A stretch of 25,145 nt of DNA from Leptospira sp. (lineage in GTDB: Bacteria > Spirochaetota > Leptospiria > Leptospirales > Leptospiraceae), in assembly GCA_034439575.1 (NCBI GenBank), contig JAWXAQ010000026.1, positions 1 through 25,145 of the forward strand, in the 5' to 3' direction. Under the pieces are notes generated by a model. The model made no database searches. It had not been told where the DNA came from and worked only from the letters and a program-made list of their open reading frames with translations. This document shows, piece by piece, positions 19,789-25,145 of this stretch (positions within the stretch are counted from its first letter, which is position 1; the number at the start of each line of letters is the position of its first letter). The translations under genes were made by a program, and so were the position numbers.

Positions 19789-20205
19789 TCAATTAGCCTC
19801 TACATATTCCTTAAAACTATTAAGTATGGATTGCCAACCACCAATTTGCATATCCTTTGGATTTTCATTTTCGGCGTCGAATTTTACGATCACTTCCGTC
19901 TTATTTTCTAAATTCGTGAAAGTAACTATGGCTTTCCTACCGTCACCCATAGTATATACCAATTTCTCTTTAACCAAAACTTCATCGTAAAATGCGATAA
20001 AATCAAATCCGAAACTCCCGTCCCTAGCTTCCATTCGAGCAAAGTATTTGCCACCGGGTCTTAAATCGTTTTCCGCATTCGGACAATGCCAAGAAGGATC
20101 AGCAAAATTCCATTTAGTTATATGCTCCGGACTTGTATAATAGTCCCAAACTTTTTTAACATCAGCCGAAACTATACATTTGACTTCTAATTGTTCATTT
20201 TTCAT
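19789..20205 (-). CDS. SRPBCC (AHSA1-like) family protein
   Basis: VWDYYTSPEHITKWNFA...WHCP..ENDLRPGG, MEARDGSFGFDF, GWQSIL. ATG 20205. Confidence 0.93.
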   Translation of the reverse strand: MKNEQLEVKCIVSADVKKVWDYYTSPEHITKWNFADPSWHCPNAENDLRPGGKYFARMEARDGSFGFDFIAFYDEVLVKEKLVYTMGDGRKAIVTFTNLENKTEVIVKFDAENENPKDMQIGGWQSILNSFKEYVEAN

Positions 20206-20259
20206 GAGAATATACAAAGCTTTACAATTCTAATGTCTAGCATTTAAAGATTAATTATA

Positions 20260-20550
20260 TTACTCAAAAGTAATTGTGGGGTTATTAGAAGTATTTTTGC
20301 ACTTATGGGTTTTGTCTGAAAAAAGACAATAGGACAATAAGTCATTCAATTTGAATCCTAGCTTTTCTGTCGAAGAAGACGTAATTAATCCCATGATAGG
20401 ACCATAACAAATAGTTTTTGTATTTTCTTTATAAGCATTATCGTGGCAAACTTCCTTTTTAGTCGTAGCTTCATCACGACGGTTACTTTTCCTGAAATTA
20501 TTCTTAAGAGAATAATTAAATAAAATAAATTCAATTAATAAGTAACATTG
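20260..20550 (-). pseudogene. Decayed small Cys-rich lipoprotein-like gene
   Basis: 96-codon open frame with no in-frame start at its 5' end (an out-of-frame ATG lies at 20548): ...LLIEFILFNYS...KKEVCHDNAYKENTKTICYG...LLSYCLFSDKTHKCKNTSNNPTITFE*. ILFNY may be a mutated ILFNC lipobox. Confidence 0.45.
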
Positions 20551-20567
20551 CTTATCAGTTAATTAAA

Positions 20568-20596
20568 TTGACAGGTAGTATAATGCTAGTTATCTT
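20568..20596 (+). promoter_or_regulatory. Sigma70-type promoter
   Basis: TTGACA (20568-20573)-N17-TATCTT (20591-20596). The predicted +1 falls at about ATG 20603. Confidence 0.55.
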
Positions 20597-20602
20597 TCAA
20601 TA

Positions 20603-20956
20603 ATGAGATTGCCCCATATAAATATTAAATTTATTTATACGATGATTTCTCTAACTATTCTATTTTTTGCTTGTGAAATTGATTTTGAAAGGAATTGATG
20701 CCAAGAAAAATTAGATAGAGCGCAAAGAAATAATACATTATCTGATCCATTTTTAATGAATCAATTTATTTGTTATAAGCGCAAACAAAGAGAGTCAGAA
20801 ACACTTGAAGATTATAATTCATACCTTGAAAACTATTTAAAGACATGTTCCGATTCAGCAAATCTTCAAATTCTAAATTTCTATCTTGAATTGCAAAAGG
20901 CAGAAAAATGCAAAAAAATAAATCGTCTCAAGCCTACGATTCATGAACCTACCTAA
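20603..20956 (+). pseudogene. Small Cys-rich lipoprotein interrupted by one in-frame TGA
   Basis: MRLPHINIKFIYTMISLTILFFA-C-EIDFERN*CQEKLDRAQ... continues in frame into the track's 66-aa ORF at 20756. TGA at 20696-20698. Confidence 0.75.
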
Positions 20957-21006
20957 TAAAATAAAATTGTATCGCTAAATTACCGTTATATCAAATAATA
21001 AATATA

Positions 21007-21189
21007 CTATATCCTATTTTCCAATTCAAGAGACTGATTTTTTGCAAGGTCTAATTCGTTACTTGTTCCAAATATTCCATACTTACTTAATAAAATTGAG
21101 GCTATAATAAGATCATTTGGAACAATTGAGAATCCTTTTGATCCTAAATGGAAACAAATTTCAGAATAGATATCGGATTCAACTTCATT
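21007..21189 (-). pseudogene. vapC: 3' remnant of a VapC (PIN domain) toxin gene
   Basis: My translation NEVESDIYSEICFHLGSKGFSIVPNDLIIASILLSKYGIFGTSNELDLAKNQSLELENRI* matches the VapC C-terminal pattern Y..I...L..KG..IGPND..IA...L......T.N...F......ENW with decay. The 5' half is absent. Confidence 0.75.
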
Positions 21190-21351
21190 CGATTAGGCTA
21201 CACGACCCTGTCCATAACTGAGTCTGTATCGCAGGTCTTAGCGTCGGCGCGTCTTCATGCAGAGCAAGAAGCGGGACGGAGGACAATGTGCCTTTAGGCC
21301 GAGCGAGGGCCGGGGTCCCCGAGCGTAGCGTGTCAGCCGTTGTTATACGCC
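21190..21351 (-). mobile_element. attC-like recombination site (integron gene-cassette type)
   Basis: On the minus strand, the R''-like box GGCGTATAAC contains the upstream gene's TAA. L''-like GGCTGACACG (21338-21329) pairs with L'-like CGTGTAGCC (21204-21196) with one unpaired base. The interior is GC-rich. The R' end has lost its GTT at the junction with the vapC remnant. Confidence 0.7.
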
Positions 21352-22215
21352 GTGGCGTTCCTGAATAGTATTCAATATATAAGATATCCATGGACCATTT
21401 TTTGATTTGCCATCAAAGGAAATGTATCCATTAGATTTGTAAGAATAATCAACTCCCCACATTCCGTTCTCATTCTTTTTTTTGTTGATGTAGTCTATTG
21501 AATCTTGGACTCTTGAGTCTTTTCCATACTTAGTATTTGTAAGAAACCAGAGCAATTCAAGAATTGTAATGTTGTAATTTTCTGGAAAGTATAAATCTAA
21601 AATATGGGGAGAGATAGGATTCTGATTAGTTAATCTTTTATATAGATGATGCTGAAGAATATAATCAATTCCCTTATCAATTGTAAATTGTATGCTATCA
21701 TCAAATTTGAATTTGTTATATTCATGTAGAGCGAGAATCGATTTTGTCAAGCCGATATAACAAGGAGTTGATTTGAGGCAACCGCCATGCTTAAGAATTT
21801 CTTTTTCATTCCAAATTGATTTGTGGAATCTCTCAAAAGATTGGTATTTTAGAATCCACATAATTCCATTTTTGACAATCGGATTTGAATGAAGACCTAA
21901 TTTGCAAAATGCTTTTATTAAGATAGCGTTATAGCACGGTAATAAATTTTCCTTTTTTCCAGTGTATGAAAAACCTTCAGACGTTCCAAGATTATTCAAG
22001 ATTAATTCTATTAAATTTTTTGTGTAAGGTAACCGTGATGAATACGGGATTTCACTAAGAGCAATTATTCTCCAAATTAGGAAGAAAAGGTTATCATTGA
22101 TTTCAAGTGTTAATTTTTGAACTAATTTGGATTGATAAAGTAATGAATCTATTTCAGTTTCTGAAATATTTATTCCTTTATCATGTTTTATTCTTAATTC
22201 TAAGGCTGTATCCAT
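21343..22215 (-). CDS. Cassette-borne hypothetical protein, terpene-cyclase/prenyltransferase-like alpha-alpha barrel
   Basis: LLPCYNA..IKAFCKLG, GIMWILKYQ, HGGCLKSTPCYIG, GIDYILQHHLY, FPENY...ILELL, NGMW, GKSKNGPWIS. Start is ATG 22215 or TTG 22224. The fold assignment is from motif memory only. Confidence 0.75.
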   Translation of the reverse strand: MDTALELRIKHDKGINISETEIDSLLYQSKLVQKLTLEINDNLFFLIWRIIALSEIPYSSRLPYTKNLIELILNNLGTSEGFSYTGKKENLLPCYNAILIKAFCKLGLHSNPIVKNGIMWILKYQSFERFHKSIWNEKEILKHGGCLKSTPCYIGLTKSILALHEYNKFKFDDSIQFTIDKGIDYILQHHLYKRLTNQNPISPHILDLYFPENYNITILELLWFLTNTKYGKDSRVQDSIDYINKKKNENGMWGVDYSYKSNGYISFDGKSKNGPWISYILNTIQERHGV

Positions 22216-22243
22216 TTTGTTCAATCAAAATTAAAGGTTAAAA

Positions 22244-22280
22244 CGTTATGGCGTATAACGAGTTTACTATTGTTATGTGT
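22244..22280 (-). mobile_element. Cassette 5' boundary (R'-like core site) with collapsed upstream att remnant
   Basis: Minus strand ACACATAAC-AATAGTAAACTC-G|TTATACGCCAT. GTTATACGCC (22259-22250) is exactly complementary to the GGCGTATAAC box at the gene's 3' end. Confidence 0.65.
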
Positions 22281-22823
22281 ATAAATACTCTCAGCAGGCG
22301 TTTTATAGAACACCAATAAATTCTCTCAAATGAGTTTTTATCGCCTTCCAATAAAATCCGAACAGTAATCCAAAATATTACATCATACGTTTTACAGATA
22401 TTATACAATATTTTAGAAATTTATTTATAAGAAAAATATGTTTTCAATATTTTTTAGCATAATCTATATGCTATTAATTTTTTAATTCAGATATCTTTCT
22501 GCAAAGTGGATATAAAACAATTCCCTACGTCAGGTTATTGGCTCTCGACAAATGTTCAAAAGATATTTCAAATTATTTTCGTTATTTAAAATAATTAGCA
22601 AACATGGATATATTTCAATTCCAGCACATTCATTGAATGATTCAGAAGATTGCCAAATTGAATATTTCAAGGCTCGACACCGATGCTTGTCTTACCTTAT
22701 CCACAATTTCAAAATAAAAAAATATAGATTTAATTCAAAAAGAATACGAATTAAAACATTGCCAATAATTTTCATTTAGTTCATATTTATCTTTAGAAAT
22801 ATTGCATTAAGGATAATCGTTAC

Positions 22824-23198
22824 ATGTCAGACAAAATTAAAAGAATATCTTATTGGTTTTTTACCTTATGGCTTTGTTTAGGAATGGTATCAACCGCCAT
22901 TGTGCAATTATTAAACCAAAAAGAAGAAATAGAAATGATAACTCGTTTAGGATATCCAATTTACTTTCTAACTTTACTTGGCATATGGAAATTGCTTGGA
23001 GTCTTGGCTGTCCTAATTCCAAAATTTTTATTACTTAAGGAATGGGCATATGCCGGATTCTTTTTCGCAATGACCGGAGCTGCTTATTCACATATAGCAA
23101 ATAAAAATCCTATAAATGATATTTTTCCATCTCTACTTCTTCTTACTTTAACAATTCTGTCTTGGTTCTTGCGTCCGAAGGAAAGAAAAATAGTATAA
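22824..23198 (+). CDS. DoxX-like family membrane protein
   Basis: YWFFT, LGYPIYF..LLGIWKLLG, LKEWAYAGFFFAMTGAAYSH, SWFLRP. AAGGA RBS. Confidence 0.92.
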   Translation: MSDKIKRISYWFFTLWLCLGMVSTAIVQLLNQKEEIEMITRLGYPIYFLTLLGIWKLLGVLAVLIPKFLLLKEWAYAGFFFAMTGAAYSHIANKNPINDIFPSLLLLTLTILSWFLRPKERKIV

Positions 23199-23239
23199 GT
23201 TTTCATACATTATAAAAATAAATATTTTGGTCTAAAAAA

Positions 23240-24931
23240 TCATTTATTATGTTGTATGCTTTGTAACATTTTGCGAAGAGCATCAAATGATAACGGTTTG
23301 GTGATGACATCATTCATTCCAGATTTTAAACAAGCCTCGATATCTTCTGCCATAGCAGAGGCAGTCAAAGCCACTATCGGAATATTGGCAACATTTGAAG
23401 GCAGTTTTCGAATTTGTCTTGTTGCCTCAAAACCATCCATTACAGGCATATGACAATCCATAAGTACTAAATCAAAATATTCGGATTGCACTACCTCGAG
23501 TGCCTCTTTGCCATTCGATCTAGATTCCACTTTGCATCCACATCGTTTGAGCATTCCAAGTGCTACGAATAAATTGACATCGTTATCCTCAACTAACAAC
23601 ACTTTTTTGGGATTATTGGTCTCAGGCTTTTCAATACTATTTTTTTTATTTACTAACTCGGTATTAATCGGAGTAAATTCAAAATCGAAACTAAAAATAC
23701 TTCCGTTTCCTTCGTTGGAACGAAGAGATAATTTTCCACCCATGAGTGCCACTAATCTTTGTGATATGGCGAGGCCCAAGCCGCTTCCGCCGTATCTTCT
23801 AGTGAAAGAAACATCAGCCTGCTCAAACGGAAAAAAAATTCGCTCTCTCACTTCTTCTGAAATACCGATTCCAGTATCTATGATTTGAATTTGAATTTTT
23901 TCGTTCAATTTTTGAGCTTTTAGAGTGACATATCCATTAGGTGTAAACTTAACTGCATTTCCTATCAGGTTTGTAATGATTTGTTTGAGACGCAATGGAT
24001 CCGCCAAACATACGTCAGGTACAGTTGATTCAATTTCAGCCGATAGAGTAATCTGTTTTTGATCTGCCGTTGGCTTCAATAGTGCAATCACATCTTCAAT
24101 AATGTCTTTTATACTAATCGGTAAGCTCTCTAATGTTAATTTCATACTTTCTAATCGTGTGAGATCTAGAATATTATTAATTAAAACTAACATCTGTGAA
24201 CCGCTCCGATGAACAAGTGCCAACTGATTTCTAATTTCATCAGGAACTGAACCTGATAAAATTAATTCTGTTATACCTATTACACCATTCATTGGAGTTC
24301 TTAATTCATGTGACATGTTTGCGAGAAATAATGTCCGAGCATTTGCTGCTTGTTCAGCTTGACTCATTGCTTCCATACGAAGTGCATTAAATACAGCAGT
24401 TATAATAAAAATCGCAATCATGAAAGAGACGCCTCTTTCAAAGGAAAGAATTTCTGAGACAGGAACTCTTTCAAATGGTGAATACGATTCTAAAAGATAC
24501 ATACCAATTCCCAATAAAAAAGAATATCCGATACCAAATAGTCCATGACGAAAACCACCATATAACAAACGCAAGATTGGAAATATGGTTAGCCACACAG
24601 CCAATGGCCAATCAATTCGATCTTGCATAGCTCGACATAATAAGAAATGAATTCCGGTCGATATTTCTAGAATCACAAAACAAATGGATGTTTCGAGACC
24701 TAATCTAAAGGCTATTAACAAAATAAGTATAAAAATGCCGAATCCAAAAGTTACAAACCCAGATGGATCACCTAACATCAATATCAAAGGGATTCCAGTT
24801 GCAAACGCCGTGACACTTGCTATAACTAGGACTGCAGCCACCAATCTTGCCTGAAATAAATTCCTATTTTTAGTATAAACCCGATGATTTAAGAGCCTTC
24901 CAAGAAGAGATTCTAGTAAAGAGGCTTTCAT
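23240..24931 (-). CDS. Hybrid sensor histidine kinase/response regulator with polytopic membrane input domain
   Basis: About 6 TM helices, HisKA FLANMSHELRTPMNG, HATPase NAVKFT/DTGIG/GGSGLGL, REC LLVEDN...VLMDCHMP...KP. Confidence 0.96.
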   Translation of the reverse strand: MKASLLESLLGRLLNHRVYTKNRNLFQARLVAAVLVIASVTAFATGIPLILMLGDPSGFVTFGFGIFILILLIAFRLGLETSICFVILEISTGIHFLLCRAMQDRIDWPLAVWLTIFPILRLLYGGFRHGLFGIGYSFLLGIGMYLLESYSPFERVPVSEILSFERGVSFMIAIFIITAVFNALRMEAMSQAEQAANARTLFLANMSHELRTPMNGVIGITELILSGSVPDEIRNQLALVHRSGSQMLVLINNILDLTRLESMKLTLESLPISIKDIIEDVIALLKPTADQKQITLSAEIESTVPDVCLADPLRLKQIITNLIGNAVKFTPNGYVTLKAQKLNEKIQIQIIDTGIGISEEVRERIFFPFEQADVSFTRRYGGSGLGLAISQRLVALMGGKLSLRSNEGNGSIFSFDFEFTPINTELVNKKNSIEKPETNNPKKVLLVEDNDVNLFVALGMLKRCGCKVESRSNGKEALEVVQSEYFDLVLMDCHMPVMDGFEATRQIRKLPSNVANIPIVALTASAMAEDIEACLKSGMNDVITKPLSFDALRKMLQSIQHNK

Positions 24932-25145
24932 ATTAAGTAGAATAGCATATTAGATTAAAAAGTCGTGTAATTTAAATAAAAACTTATGTAATCCTTGATA
25001 AACTTTAAAATATTTTTTTATCTATGTATAAGTAATTATGATCATGCCTATCCCCCCTCAAGACTATACAAATAAATAATCAATAAAAACAATACTGAAA
25101 AGTAATAAAAAATACCTAAAAACTATTCTTTTTGAAGTGATTCAA

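Noticed and set aside
20568-20584. TTGACA and TATAAT as one promoter
   Set aside because: They are only 5 bp apart. The 17-bp-spaced TATCTT is the usable -10.
21185-21391. 68-aa minus-strand ORF
   Set aside because: It reads through the GC-rich attC-like element and overlaps the cassette gene's end, so it is an artefact of low stop-codon density.
22552-22779. 75-aa ORF or possible AraC-like remnant (KHGY...AH..ND)
   Set aside because: No RBS, low-complexity AT-rich composition, and the similarity is too weak to support.
23256-23888. Plus-strand ORFs 23256-23453 and 23508-23888
   Set aside because: Antisense to the hybrid histidine kinase.

Overview
AT-rich bacterial chromosome segment, most likely from a saprophytic-type Leptospira. 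This is inferred from spirochaetal lipoboxes, the FecR-domain/adenylate cyclase gene pair and the style of intergenic repeats; I cannot confirm it without a search. Left to right: a FecR-domain protein with at least six FN3/Ig-like repeats that runs off the left edge (missed by the ORF track), encoded just downstream of a Cache-like/HAMP class III adenylate cyclase; small membrane and lipoprotein genes (TMEM220-like, GyrI-like); a three-gene unit of a secreted 10-Cys alpha/beta hydrolase plus two paralogous beta-rich accessory proteins; a TetR regulator divergent from a PhlG/DAPG-hydrolase-like gene, with two visible operator palindromes; CAP-domain and Uma2 genes; a GC-rich structured element; the core ilvC-thiolase pair; an accessory stress islet (YdeI/OmpD-associated, DHFR-like, FMN reductase, SRPBCC, DoxX); and a hybrid histidine kinase. 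The most striking signal is at about 20,980-22,280: an integrase-less, integron-like gene cassette. A promoterless ORF is bracketed by complementary GTTATACGCC/GGCGTATAAC boxes, its stop codon lies inside the R''-like box, and a ~160-bp attC-like hairpin follows. Next to it are an unannotated 3' half of a vapC toxin gene and a decayed second att box. Two divergent, decayed Cys-rich lipoprotein genes lie beside this array remnant.
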